Positions 24,151 through 38,300 of a stretch of 64,000 bases of DNA are shown one piece after another. The DNA comes from Styela clava (lineage: Eukaryota). The stretch is from positions 15,624,001-15,688,000 of the forward strand of contig NC_135253.1 of assembly GCF_964204865.1 (NCBI RefSeq), in the 5' to 3' direction. Made by a program: the position numbers and the translations under genes. The first letter of the stretch is position 1. Each line of letters opens with the position of its first letter. Below the pieces are notes generated by a model. That model was not told the origin of the DNA, did no database searches, and saw only the letters and a list, made by a program, of their open reading frames with translations.

Positions 24151-24969
24151 CAGTGGTTCCTGACCGTTCGACTAAATTGAAAAATTTTGTTGTTTGTTTT
24201 ATCTTTCTGTCAGTGTAACCGATTGAATGCAAAACAGATGGAGTAACATAGGTTTACGATTTGCCGTCCGCCGTTAAAATTGATGTTCGACAAGCAACAT
24301 ATTGATTGCTCGGCGTTGTGTTGGCCGACGAGAAATCACAATTTTCAAGTTCAATCTGTAACGAAATCACTTTGTTAATTAGTTTACATTGTCCCACATT
24401 TAAGTAAACAATGTCACAGAGCATTATATATGTATTTCGATAATAAAATAAACAGAATGTTACTCGCTTCAAAATTTATACTTCCAATGAATATTGCTTA
24501 AAATTTACATCGGAAAATACTGTCAAATTATTTAAGATTAAATGTTCAACCCAGATTTGTGTTTGGTCGCAATAAACTGTATCGCATGATGGTTCTTCTC
24601 ACACCAAAATACGTGGAAAATGTCATGTAAATGTATAATAAGAATACTTTACAAGTTAATGGGTAAATAACGCGGAACGACACAAATTTAAAAAAGCGAT
24701 GACAGCTCCTACAAAGCCTAGAAAGAAAAGAATGAATTATTCACTTCGTGTGTTGCGGTAATGCGTGAAAGATTTTTTGCGTTAAAACAAAAGTGTATAT
24801 TTGCGTTTAATTGATCGTTTGTTGTTCTATTATATTTTGTTGTAGTATGTGCCAAAATATTGTTACTCAACTACAGTTACTCAAACACAGGTGATTATGT
24901 CATGTTTCATTCATTAGTCGGTCTGTAAGGACAAATCTACCGTGGGGGTAGAAAGATTGGGAACCACTG
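24151..24969. mobile_element. hAT-like non-autonomous element
   Basis: TIRs CAGTGGTTCC (24151) and GGAACCACTG (ending 24969); no clear TSD; twin at 51473-52291. Confidence 0.55.
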
Positions 24970-25084
24970 AAATATTGTATCCTATATATTCTAATGATAA
25001 TAAATAATAGCAATATAATGTATTATGCAGCTGCCAACGTCAATCGGTAGTCATTGACTTCCAAGATAAACTGATACGCGGATT

Positions 25085-28000
25085 TCATGTCGTCAATATG
25101 AGATCTAAGGCAAAATTGCCTTTAGATGTACTGATTGCGTCAACTCCATAGTTCTTCGTTCTGGAAATGTTTCCAAAGCATTCGTTTGCTAAGATATTTC
25201 TTCCTTTACTGCAAAAGCAAAATCAAATACAAAATAGTGAACCCCATAACTAATCTATGATCTACAATGAAATAAAAAAAAGAAAGGGATTTCAATACAT
25301 GATTGGGAAATGTATAAATTTCGAAGTATGCGACATATAATCGCTCTTCCACGTAGCTCAAGCAATTTTACAGATTTCTCTACAGATTTATTCATATCAA
25401 ATATCATGAGATCATTCAAACCTAAATATTCTGTCATATTTTAATTTCACTAAGCTCAGTAGTTTAATACAAATTAAGAATTCAAATCCCAAAAACGATA
25501 TATGATGTTACTCACGTAAGGAATGCTCCGAATGTTGCAATTTCTGTGACGGTATTCACAACAGTAAGATCTGGATTTTCATCCGAAAAAATCATAACGT
25601 TTTTCCCAACAACTGGTTTGATATAATCCACGAGAATATATTGGCCCCTCAAATATAATGTAAAGCATCAATTATTTTAAGATATTACGTATGTGGTTCG
25701 GATACACACACAATAATATCTTCAGACATTTATCTATTAAATGTCATTGTATAAATGATTTTATTTATGATCGATGTGTTTCCGATACCGGGCGAGTTAA
25801 GGACTCATTATGATGGCATTTTTATAGCAGGGTCATAAAAGAGACATTTGTAAAAATACTCAAGAATAGAATCAGATTGGCTGAGGATACCTTTCATGTG
25901 TGCCTTGCAAATTTTCCAAAATTTCCTTAACGTCTTCGCGAAAGTATTTCACTGAAAATAAGATTAATTGAATGAATTTTTGAATGCATTTTTTTTCGTA
26001 ATACCCTATTTTATCACCTAAATTTTTTATGAAAATACACAAGCATATGTTTATCTTTTAATTAAGTTTTTTTCATATATATAGAAATAGCACTGCTTCA
26101 CAGAATTTTATTATTAACATCAATAAATTGTGTGAAAAGAAATTTGTTGTTTTTTATTTACAATTTTTAAAATTTATTTTTAAATTCAATTTCAAACAAA
26201 CACACTCCACCTCCACCCTCTCTCTGATCTTTCAACACGTATTCGTGGGGATTCGTGATTCCTAATTTTGCATTCATGTCACCCGCATTGCCCTGAAAAT
26301 TAAAAGCAATCATATGCGAGATTACATGAACGATGAAACGTTGCGATGCAGCATGCACTAAGTTGCTTCGTTTTTCATAAAATATAACTTTGTTGTTGAA
26401 ATTAGTACAAATACAAAGAGTAGCACCTAAATATTACTCCGATATCTGCACCTCGTCATATTTTATGAACATTTATTTACCTGTTCTAGAGTTCGCTATT
26501 TGACCAGGGCATTCCTGATAAGACGTGCCTCCGCATCATCAACGTACTTTTCCATATGTTTGGGTCTGGACATAACTTCCATAATCTTATTCAGTTCGAC
26601 AATCGAATGAAAAATATTTGGACACAAAATAGCAGTGCTATATTCCATCAGTTCACGGGCGAACCAATCCTAAGTTTAAAGAAACAGATGATTCAAATTT
26701 GAAAAAAAAAACAGTGAAATGAACCCTTGCAAACATTCTTTAAACTTGCTTTGTTAGACGCACTAGGGGTAATATTAAATATCCACCTAACAATTTGTCG
26801 TTTGAAATCATAGAAATAATTCAACATGATGTTCCGAAGCCGTTCGAGAAACTGTGCGTTGCATAATTCTAAATAATTTATATAACGATAAATAACAAAA
26901 ATACCATCGACGGTAAATGTACAATTATAAGAGCAACATACCTGTTCAGTTTGATATTCATGTTCTTCAAAACCGGTGAGAAGAAAAACAACTCCATACT
27001 CTCTTCCATTGCTGAAAATATTACCTTGTTAGCTTATATAAAATGACTTTATTGTAAACATTTTAGACCACATTTCTTTAAATGCCATTAAACTAGAAAC
27101 AACGTTTTTCTGAATTATTAAAATACAATTCTTATGCATTAGGTTATATGAAATATACATGCAAAGCTAGACCCAAGAAGCTAAACATGATTACTATATC
27201 GAATTTAAACCTTTATATAATATCAATATTTCGGTACAGAAAAACCATTTCTCTCGACATAAAACCATGTATGTTGATACATTACTTACACTAACAATTC
27301 CTTCTGACCTCCAAGTGTAACATTCTTGCTCACTTCCTGCAGTGTTAAAATGTCTACAAAAATGTCATGGTCAATTTTAAATATTTTGTCTTTTAAATCG
27401 TAACATTCAATGAGACCAAAATATTGCTCGCAAACAACGATTAATATCCCAGCGTTTGAATTGTTGTGCAATTTCAAAGTTTTGATAAACATTTTTGCCA
27501 GACGAAGCGTCATATCTGTGCCACCAAAACCTTGCTCAAATCGAATTTTCGCTTCCTGTAAAGAGCGTTTGTAAATTTGCTCAAGAAAACTTGCTACACC
27601 AAATCCCCATCCTGAAACACTCCATTCCAAAAGTTTAGGAAGTTGAATTCCTTCAGCAGTTTTAGTCACCATGTAATCAGCTCTTGTTATGGATAGCTCA
27701 TACCGGTCCTGGAACGTATCAAATCAATTACCATGTGATTTTAATGATAAATTTATCACGATGAGTCGTTTAAAACACGATAAATTAATATGAATTCATG
27801 AAATTGTCAACAACATCACATTCACATGTATGGCTGATTTTTCACAGCATGAAGGGCGTTATAACTAGACATATTTTTGATTTCCCATTGCAATGCATTA
27901 CTTCCTACCCATTTAGTCATGAGCCACACGAGGTGGTCTTGGTTTATCTGTTTAAAAATTTGTTGACAAGAATTCTACACACACCTGCAATCGACATTCG

Positions 28001-29117
28001 ACACTTACATCTCGAACCAGAATTAACTAGTTAACTTACCTCACGATTGACTGCTTTAGACGCTCTTTCGTAAATGCCAAACAGTTTTTCAATAAACCAG
28101 TCAGCTTTAGTAACACTAAAAGTAAATATATAACTCTATATTCATATATATAAACGTATACAGGGAGCGTATTAGGAAGAACTTGAGACGGAAGTCTTGT
28201 TGGCGGAAATCTTTTTTTTTCGCTTCCCTAAAGATCACAGACTAATCAAGCAAGAAACGGTATGAGACTTACAAAACTGTCTAAAGACTAATATATTTGC
28301 CTGTACTTAGTTCCTATTTATGTGATCACAGACTAGATATAAGTTTGCTGAATAAGTTGTTCTATAATTATGATTGCTACATACGCAAACAGAGTAGGAT
28401 TTACCTGTCCAATCCTTTCTTTACAAAATCGAAATCAAAACTGACATTATGATGAAGTTTGTGAAATTCTGGGCAAACCTGGTTTACTCTGCGCATAACA
28501 TCAACGGGAATTCTCGAAGGAAACAAACAAAATGGAGCCATCTTGTCATACTGCAAAACCAACCATTAGTAAATTTCATTCGCTTAGATCCAATATTTTT
28601 AACGCTTGGTATCTGGATAAATTGCAAGTGCTTATTAGAAAAGAACAAAAGTCTAAAAAGTGAAAACGACTTCAATCGTATACGTCCGTGTGTAACTGAT
28701 AAGCATTTTACTATCAGCGCAACGAATTTTGCTTGAATGTCATTCTGTGTGGACGAATTTCAGTTGACAAGTATATAGTTCATGAAAATAGTCGGTCTTA
28801 TTTTTTGGAATTTACTTTCTAGAAATTGAATATTTTGACGGAAAAGATAGTTTTTTATTTTCAAACATGACATAGCGAGGGTACAACCAATTTTCAATAA
28901 TTTTAAATTTTATAGAAAAAACCTAAAACTAGTTTATTCTTCTACAATGCAGATATTTACGTACTGGTTTTCTTGACTCATCATCGTCATACCACTGGAA
29001 GAAAAAATTTTGCTTCTTGGCCTCTTCGATCGCTGATGTTGAGCATTTTTTCAACAATTCTTCCGATTGAAATACATTTTCAAAATGATGTTCAGTAATA
29101 CTATTACCAGAAGACAT
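25085..29117 (-). pseudogene. GSS-like: Glutathione synthetase-like copy E, full 10-exon structure with one nonsense codon
   Basis: Exons 29117-28965, 28550-28405, 28115-28040, 27708-27290, 27011-26942, 26669-26481, 26292-26211, 25951-25891, 25647-25516, 25208-25085. TAG at 26498-26496 in exon 6 where twin E' has TAT (Tyr). Confidence 0.85.
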
Positions 29118-29594
29118 TTTCTATGTATTTAGTATATTTTTTTTTTGAACCGGAAAATATATTCTATGATATATGTATCTGAAATAAAATAAATATCTTT
29201 CTTTTCATGTGATATGTGAATCTCTTCTAAAACATACCCCATACAAAAATACCATATATATATGGAAAATATATAGTTATAAAAGCAACAAGATTGTTCA
29301 ATTTGATATTCACGTTCATCAAATTCCGTAACAAGAAAAACATCTCCATACTCCATGTTCCATTTCTAAAAATATTACTTGTTTTCGATTTTATAAAATG
29401 ACTTTATTAGTAACATTTTAAACAATATGAACAATATAAACTTCAGTTCCACAAAGTAAAAACAAAAGCTTGTTTTGATGAAGGATATTTTTATCCAAAT
29501 CCAACTTTTATGAATTCGGGTATATGACATAAACATTCAATGCCGGACTACAGAAACTAAACATAATTACCATACCGCTTTTAATCATTTAGAA

Positions 29595-30083
29595 CAGGAT
29601 TTTCCAAACTTTTTGGGTCGCGGACATCTATTTGTGAATTTCAGTTTTGACGGACCTCCATCTCAGGACGCATCAATTTTTGTGACTATCCAACGAAGAA
29701 AGATAATGTTTTAATTACAACACGAAAGACGTTAATGTGATGAATGAGGTTGTTTTTCACTTATCAATTTTCAGACCAAACGTGATCAGCAAACACATTG
29801 ACCGGACGCTACGTCAAGTTTAGACCTTCTTTTATCATCGTATTGATAAAAGCTGAAAATGCTGCCTCACACGTGTGGGTCGTTGCCAAAGGCAATTAAA
29901 TTGTAATTGCCTTTTCTGACAGAAATGTATATTCATCCATAGCGCTCAAACAAAAAGATGAAATGGCTTTTTGATTTGATTGAAATCAAACAATAAAGAT
30001 CGATCAGATTATTTTCATATTGATGAGGATACCCCGCGCAGTCATTACAGACCACCAGGGGCAACCTAGTTTGGGAAACCGTG
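29595..30083 (-). mobile_element. hAT (Charlie/Buster) non-autonomous element
   Basis: Ends CAGGATTTTCCAAAC and GTTTGGGAAACCGTG; 8-bp TSD ATTTAGAA/CTTTAGAA; minus-strand relic EYTFLSEKAITI*LPLATTHTCEAAFSA. Confidence 0.75.
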
Positions 30084-31322
30084 CTTTAGAAATTAATTAC
30101 CAACATTTCTGTACAGAAAAAATCTTCTCACTTACATCAAACCAAGTATGGTGAGACACTACTTACACTAACAATTCCTTCTTATCGTCCAAGTGCAACC
30201 ATACTATAGTGTTAAAATGTCTACAAAACGTTGTGGTCAATTTCAAATCGTAACAATATATAAGGCAAATATATTGATCACACACAACCATCAATATCCC
30301 ATTGTTCAACTCATTGTTCCTATTTGAAATGTTTGATAAATATTTCTGCCAGACGAGGCGTCATATCTGTGGCAGCAAAACCGTGCTCATGTTGAACTCT
30401 CGCTTCCAGTAAAGAGCCTATGTTAATCTACTTGGGAAAACTTGCTACACCAAATGTATGTTATCTGGATAAATTTCAAGTGCTTACTAGTTAAGAACAG
30501 AACTCTTAATGCGTCTTCAATTGTACGCCCATGTGTAACTGATAAGCATTTTACTATCAGCGCAACGAATAGTAATTCTGTGTGGACAAATTTCAGTTGA
30601 CAAGGATACATTTCATAAAAATAGTCTTATCGTGTTTTGGAATTGATTTAATATATATATATATATATATGTATATTTCGACAAAAGAATTGTTTTTTTT
30701 TATTGATCATAAAGCTTTATAAGTTTATTATTATTCTACAATACAGATAGATGATACACGTACTGGTTTTAATGACGTTTTGCTCCTTGATCTAATATGT
30801 CTGTGACAATGGTGTTATTGAACAGTAATTTAAGAATGTATTTTAATCGGATGAATTGTTAAAAAAATGCTCAACATCAGCGACTAAAGAGGCTAAGAAG
30901 CAAAAAAAATTCTTCTAGTGGTCTGGTATGATGATGATGAGTCAAGAAAACCAGTACCCATCTATCTGCATTGTATAAGAATAAACTAGTTTTAGGTTTT
31001 TCTATAAAATTTAAGATTATTGAAAATTGGTTGTACCCTAGCTATGCCATGTTTGATCACTATTCCGTAGAACTATCTCTTTCTACAAAGTATTTAATTT
31101 CTAGAGAGTAGATTCCAAAAAATGTTAGGACTAACTATTTTCTTAAATTATATCCTTGTCAACTAACATTTGTCCACACAGTGTCCACACAGTGCCACAA
31201 AGTAAAAACAAAAGCTTGTTTTGCTGAAGGAGATATTTTACCCAAATCCAACTCACATTAACATTCAATGCCGGACTACAGAAACTAAACATAATTACTA
31301 TACCGCTTTTAATCCTTTAAAA

Positions 31323-31811
31323 CAGGATTTTCCAAACTTTTTGGGTCGCGGACATCTATTTGTGAATCTCAGTTTTGACGGACCTCCATCTCAGGACGCA
31401 TCAATTTTTGTGACTAACCAACGAGAAAAGATAATGTTTGAATTACAATACGAAAGACATGAATGTAATGGATGAGGTTGTTTTTCACTTATCAATTTTC
31501 AGATCAAACGTGATAAGCAAACACATTGACCAGACGCTACGTCAAGTTTACCCTTTATTTTATCATAGTATTGATAAAAGCTGAAAATGCTGCCTCACAC
31601 GTGTGGGTCGTTGCCAAAGGCAATAAAATCTTAATTGCCTTTTCTGACAGCAATGGATATTCATCCATGACGCTCAAACACAAAGATGAAATCGATTTTT
31701 GATTTGATTGAAATCAATTATTAAAGATTGATCAGATTATTTTCCTATTGATGAGGATCCCCCGCGCAGTCATCGCGGACCACCAGGGGCAGCCTAGTTG
31801 GAGAAACCTTG
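31323..31811 (-). mobile_element. Duplicate of the same hAT element (local ~1.73 kb duplication)
   Basis: Same ends and flanks as 29595-30083; a single hybrid copy occurs at 56909-57400. Confidence 0.75.
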
Positions 31812-33524
31812 CTTTAGAAATTAATTATCAATATTTCTGTACAGAAAAAAACTTCTCACTTGCATCAAACAATGTAGGGCGAGACATTACTTACACTAAC
31901 AATTTATTCTTAACCTCCAAATGCAAGACATACTGTGGTGTTAAAATGTTCACAAAACGTCATGGTCAATTTCAAATTGTAACATTCTATAAGGCAAATA
32001 TATTAATAACACACAACCATCAATATCCCATCGTTTGAACAATTGCTCCCTTTTCAAAGTTTTGTAAATATTTCTGCCAGACCAGGTGTCATATCTGTGC
32101 CAGCAAAACCGTGCTCATGTTGAATTCTCGCTTCCAGTAAAAAGCTTTTGTAAATCGGCTTGAAAAAACTTGCTACACCAAATGTTTGTTATCGTGAAAT
32201 TGGGGGGAGACGTCTGGTGCTATGCCGCGATATTTCGAGAAAAGCGCAAATTTGAATTGAAACACTTACATCGATATTTGGCTCGGACCAGTTGTAGGGC
32301 CCCATTTGATGTTACTTTTACTTTTGTAAACGACTCTATTGGGTATGAAAAGTTCATAAGCATCGTATTGCAAAGTCGTCGTCGTTGTTAGTCTTGATAT
32401 TGAAACGACCTTTTGTTGAAGGGGATATTCGCGTTTCTCCACAACCAAGTTTAGAATTTTCAGTGCTTAAGAAAGAAGTGACAAAAGGCTATTTTATTTT
32501 CAAATCAACTCTGGGTATTACGGGACCCGATATTAAATCCCAAATTTTGCTGTTTTATTTCAATTCATTGTGATATTTTTTCTTCTGTCAAAAGTTACCG
32601 CCGCCGTTGCGAATGTCCGCCGTTTGGCTGAGGGAATTTGCTGCTATGGTTAACATTTTTATTGGAAACGAAGTGGACCTATCGATCGTTATGTTGTTAG
32701 TTCAGCTTGATAGAAATATAAATATATTGTTGCAGAAGCTACCAATATCAAAAGCTCAAGTGCCCAACGTGTTGTCACAGAAAAACCACCACAACCAGTG
32801 GCCACGTCTGCTCGGATTTTTGCCTGGATATAAACAGAACAGGTTCTGATAACTATTGTAACATTAGCGTGACAGCAACCCGACCTGATGTTTAATTGCG
32901 AGTACCAGCATTTGTTGGTAATTGTCATTACAACAATTGATGCTGTTTGACAGAAATTACTCGTAGGAACCATCGTACTCCTGCAGGCCTTAATCGGGTT
33001 AAAAATTGGCCGCTACTTCTATCATAGTAGTAATTACTACTGTAAATAATAGTGACATAAAAACATCCTGGTCAGGATTTCTGACATTCAATTGCAGGTA
33101 CCATTAGTCAGCGTGCAAATGATCTGGCGTCTATTTCGCCGTCGTCTGGACTTCTCCAGAGCATGCGGTCTAATTCTTATCGAATCTGTTTTTTGTTGTT
33201 AAAATGTTAAAAGGTAACATGCATAATGTATTTTTGTATTTTTTGAGAAAGCAATCATTAACAAGGTATATGCATGTGTAATCAACAAGGTACATATATA
33301 TACAAGCTTTTTAGACACGGTTCAGGTCTGACCTAATATCTTTGCAGAAAAAAATCAAAATTTATATATTTGTCGTTAAAGAACACAGATGATAGTCATT
33401 GTATAGTAAGTCAAATATCTAATTCTGAAAACAGTTGGAAGAATTGAATACGATGAATGAGCCACAAATTGCTGTTATAACTAAATTTAGTTGGATTCGT
33501 TCTAAACTATTTTTTGTAACCTTT

Positions 33525-35397
33525 TTACCCAGATTTTAACAACAATGGTTTGCTTTCATCAATGATGCTCCTTCGTTGACTCGGAGTGTCTGTTTCATGA
33601 ACCATCTCTGCAGAGAGTCGTCTATAGTCTGGCTTAACAAGGACAACAAGGAAGCACTGCATAAAACATGCAATCAATGGAACTATGATAGCCATGGTTG
33701 CCCCATGCATGTCCATAATTTTCCTAATCACAGCACCAAAAACGAACGCTGCCACCTCGGAAGGAAAATAATATATTGACATAAGTGTCGTATTGTCGAA
33801 CGGGTAGATGACTTCAGTGAGAAATTCCGTAAAAATGACGTTGGAGCATATGCGCAAGGCCGCAAGCGCGGGATAGAGAACGATTAACACTGGGAAATAT
33901 TTACATAAATGCCCAAAATATATTCCTCCAGTTACCAGCAACATTCCGACAACGACTGAAAAATAATAATTTTTGGGCTTGTCACAAAAAACTGAATTAA
34001 CGTTTTCTACATGTATTACAGTATTCGCAATAAAATTCCAAGTCTACAGGACAGTTTGCGAAAAATACACACCTGTACATAAGTATATATAATGTTTCAG
34101 AAAGTATGTATTTTTGTATGGTTACAGGGTAATGCAAAGTTTGCACATGCGGTATGCTAGAATAGCATATATATGATATGTTTTAGGAGATGTCTGGATC
34201 GTATAAATTGTGCAATATTAACTGTGAATAGAGCAATTCAAGTGATAAATGAATAGCATATACTAACACCTAGATGACTTACTTGCCATAGCGAATTTTT
34301 TGAATTTCTTCAATCTGTCTAAATAGTATCCAACAGCAAGACCAGCAATTATCGATGCAAGAGTACCAGCTATTCTAATCCACCCAATTTCACGGTATGT
34401 TACTTCGGGAAATGTCATTGAGATCAACGAAGGAGCAAGCACTTTTGCTAATATCAAGGCTGACAATCCAAGTGAGTTAGCACTAGCAAGAAGTAGAAAT
34501 TGACGATTTACCAACAAATTCAAAACTAATTCCAAGAAAGATGTGTCTACTTCAAGAGAAGCCCTCTCGTTTTTATCCGCTTTCAACGAAGTAAGTATGT
34601 TAGCCTGTGCTGCTCCCGGCGGTGTTGGTGGTTGATTTTTCAACATAAAAACGAAAAACAATGCTGATATCGTAAGAATGAGAGCAGAAGTTCCTTTTGT
34701 GCTCATGAAAATAAGCCTAATATCATGGGAATTGTTCTCTATTTGTGTAGCGTTCCTGTAAGGAAGACACATAGGGTAGACTAATGCTGCTGTCGCCTCT
34801 CCCAAACTCACAGCTGACCATGTTACGCCGATGGCGGTCGCCGTTTCTTGTGCAGGAAACCAGCTAGCAGCAAGCGTAACCGGTAATATAAAATTGATTC
34901 CGTTGGATAATCCAGTAAATAGTACTGCAGATAGAATCATCGGATACAGTTTTCTGCAAAAGAATAGGAGGCATAATATGCAGTTAAAGTGTGTCATACG
35001 TACCTTGTACATTTAATTATTGTGAAAAACATCAACCGTGCGGCAGGTTATTTGGTACATGAAAAAAAATACAACTATACAAGAATTACATAACTTGCCT
35101 GTTATTAAATGCAAAAGTTCCTATGCCGATTCCGATACCAGCCGACAGCGCCATTATTGTTGCTTGAAATCGTAATCCAATTTTATTTTTAAAAATTGGT
35201 ATCAACACCGTACATACTCCAGCCACCAAGAAGTTCAACAGCGTCAAAATGTCTATTTGAAATGGGGTGACATTGAAGTAATTCGCGACGACGTCATTTA
35301 CAAAACTGTACGAATAAATTTCACAGAGAATGATCGCCATGCAAATTGATAAAACTGCTAGAAACACCCAACGAATTGGATAAACTTTGTATTCCAT
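33525..35397 (-). CDS. FLVCR-like: FLVCR/SLC49-family MFS transporter (466 aa)
   Basis: Exons 35397-35099 (GC donor), 34953-34283, 33955-33525 total 1401 nt, open. Motifs YKVYPIRW, LAASWFPAQETATA, PPTPPGAAQA, GYYLDRLKKFK, EFLTEVIYP, KPDYRRLSAE; many hydrophobic helices. Confidence 0.88.
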
Positions 35398-38300
35398 CTC
35401 TTCTATCTGAGAACAATAGAAAATATATTCTATTTTCAAAAGGCCATCAACGTCGAAAACCACCGTTACATCAGCAATGCATTGGCGTTACATCAGAGCT
35501 TATGATATTACAATAATCGCAAAAATTTGTGTGAGGGTGGGGATTGGGTAAAACAAAACGTTTAAAAATGATTTCGCGAAACAACGCAGTTTACGAAGTC
35601 AAGAAACATACAGTTCTTTGAGGATAGCATTTCTTCTCAGATGCAAAATTATCTTGTAGTTGAAAATTTAGGAATATTTTTAATTTTAGCCGTTTAACAT
35701 GGCTCGTTTTGAGCAACTTTCGTTTGATGATTTCAAAATCTCTAGGCTAGGCTCGATGATGAGCCGTGCAAATTTGAAACTCTGTATCTAAAAGAACATG
35801 CGATGTGCAGAGGATTGAAATAATGGAAAATGGAATTAACAATGAACAAAGTACTCTCTTTAACATCTGACAATCTGCATCTTCTTAACGAGTTCTTTCA
35901 CTTATAATTTTTTTTTATTATAGTGGAGATTTGCAGAAGAAAATTCTTGAAGTTCAGATTATTTCCGGATGGAATATTACGAAATATTTGATTCGTATAC
36001 TTATTTGAATTTTTCTGAAAAGTTCGAACCAAAAGTTGTAATTTAAGTGTGCTGCAAACGATTTCATCTATCGTTCTTACCTTAGCTTTGACTTGGCCGA
36101 TAGGGAGAACTGCACATTTACGCTACTAATCGATGTTGATATCGTCCTTGAGTTTCTAATTCACCTTCTGCTTAGAGAAACAATTTTCAATGGAACTGAT
36201 TAGAAAGCAAATTCTATTCGCCGCTTCTTACAGCAATAAATTCTAAAAAAATCTATTCTAGCCAACGATAAACAAGACTATGATAACACTACAAAATCTC
36301 GTTTCAATAAGTTTGAAAAGCAAACAACAAAAAAACACGATGTATTTTTGACTGACGCTGAATCGGGTGCAAGGAAAATAAGGACAAACCTTGACTAACT
36401 GGTATAAACGATAAACGAGGCGTACATTTGCCTCTTCGAAGGTTGTTTGTTTTCCGCAAAGAAACTCGACAAACGTTCAGGAAATAACACATCATGCGCT
36501 TTTTTTTTATGTCATATTGATCAAGCATATCCCACTGATAAAGTTTCAGATATGCTTCGTTTGTGCGTTTGGTATGAAATGTTTCCTGAAATGTGCGTAT
36601 CCGATTTTATGATACTATTCCACTCACAGGAAGCTAAACTCCTCTGTACCGGAACATTAATTTTTCAGGAAATGTGAAAACAAAGTAAAATTGAAGCTTG
36701 ATAATTTGAGTAAATCTCATGATATTAACCGCGTATTATATTTTGCTATGTATATGATGGCCTATCTTATATCCGTACTATCCGACCGCAGTTTATTATA
36801 GAATATCTCATATTTATTCCATAAGCTTAAGTTTTCTTAATTTGGTGATCAAAAACATAAAAAATCTGTTCGATGAGTTTCTTTTCGTCGGTTATGAGCT
36901 TGGCTGGATTTACCATTGGCCATGGTATGCTAAAGCCTAGTTGCCTCGAAATTCAATTAACTATTCATGTTTAGTCGTTTTTGAATTATAAAGGCTTGTT
37001 TCAGAATAAATCAAGTTTAAAATTTTCTGAAAAATGATAATTTTTCAATTAGATTGAGATTTCTTGTTCCAAATATTATATTATATATAAATACGGTTGA
37101 ATAAACGAATTTGTCGAATTACCCTACCCATCAAACCTTGGGAACAAAATATGCTAGGTTAAACTAATTAATCAGTTGATACTGTAATAATGTTTTTATT
37201 TTTTTAAATAAGAGGAAAATATCGATATATCACTATACTGATTCATTCAAGCAGAACGGGCTTGACAACGCCTAAATCCGACCCAGGCTATGAGACACGA
37301 TACGCAGCAACAATGTTTTACCTGTATTATATATATTTTTCTGTTATAGCTGCAGATACGGAATTTGTTGTTTGGGGCGACTTTCTGCACCCCTAGATTT
37401 GGGGGAGGGGTCAGTTCACAATTCGAAAGTTGAGTTCTTAATCATACCTTGAAATGTTCTTTCGCGACATATAGAAAACAAAAATCACTTTCATACTGAG
37501 ATGTCAGGAGATGCAACAAAACAATTTAGTGAAAACTTACGCATTTTATTAAAAAGGTGCTAGAAATAAAGTGCGTTGGAAAAGCGAAAATACGGATAGT
37601 TCTGGCAATCCTTGTTTAGCCGATCCCCGATGTTAGAATAGGACATTTGTTAATGCAGCGGTTTGCAGCAGTGTATTTAAGTATTGATAGCCGTAATTAT
37701 ATGACGTCATAGTTAGAATTGTTTTGATAGGAGGTTCACGAATATATGCCATTTCCTGTTGACTGCTTAGGGCACGAGTTTAGGGCGTTAGTGTTGTTCC
37801 TGTACATATTCTAGGCTTGGCTTGATTAAGATTATTTTAATGCCTAATTTGCTGTTTTGAATTAATATGTAGAATTATAAAGTTAGGATATGTACTGGTA
37901 TTGAGCTTAGTTGTATATTGTCTCGATGAAAATGTAGTTGTGATTTCTATTTGAACGGTTCTTTTTCTGTATTAATATAATAATCTGGCAAAGAAGCACT
38001 GAATTCAATTCAGCAATTCAGTTACCGCAGTTTCGAAAGTATGATTGTCACTTTAATTGGAAGACAATACATATCGTTATGTTTTTATTAATTTCATGAA
38101 CTCGTCCTGTGTATAGGGCTATGATCGTTATTTCCTGCATATTGGGTTTCTTTAAATTATTAAAACTTTCGAGTATTAACTGCATTGAATTGGAACACAA
38201 TATTATATCAGTCTATTACAATTCAAACAAAAGAGAAAGCTGCATGCCTGCAGCAACAGCATTAGTACTAAAGTAGACCAGACCCTCTGATTTGAAGATA

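Larger units (their letters stand above)
29280..32190. pseudogene. Rearranged GSS-like pseudogene debris
   Basis: Minus-strand exon 5 relic (~29290-29370); two exon 4 relics (~30160-30455, ~31890-32185); intron 1 relic (30460-30640); an inverted plus-strand exon 1/intron 1 relic (~30840-31180, KKCSTSA...WYDDDESRKP). Confidence 0.8.
15275..38196 (+). repeat. Tandem segmental duplication, copy 1
   Basis: Colinear with 42597-64000; offsets 27333 (18252/45585), 27314 (28929/56243), 25585 (33525/59110); the window end matches ~38196. Confidence 0.95.

Noticed and set aside
32735-32990. Possible degraded exon with FN3-like VTLA*QQPD
   Set aside because: Multiple stops, flanked by dispersed repeats, similarity too weak to call.
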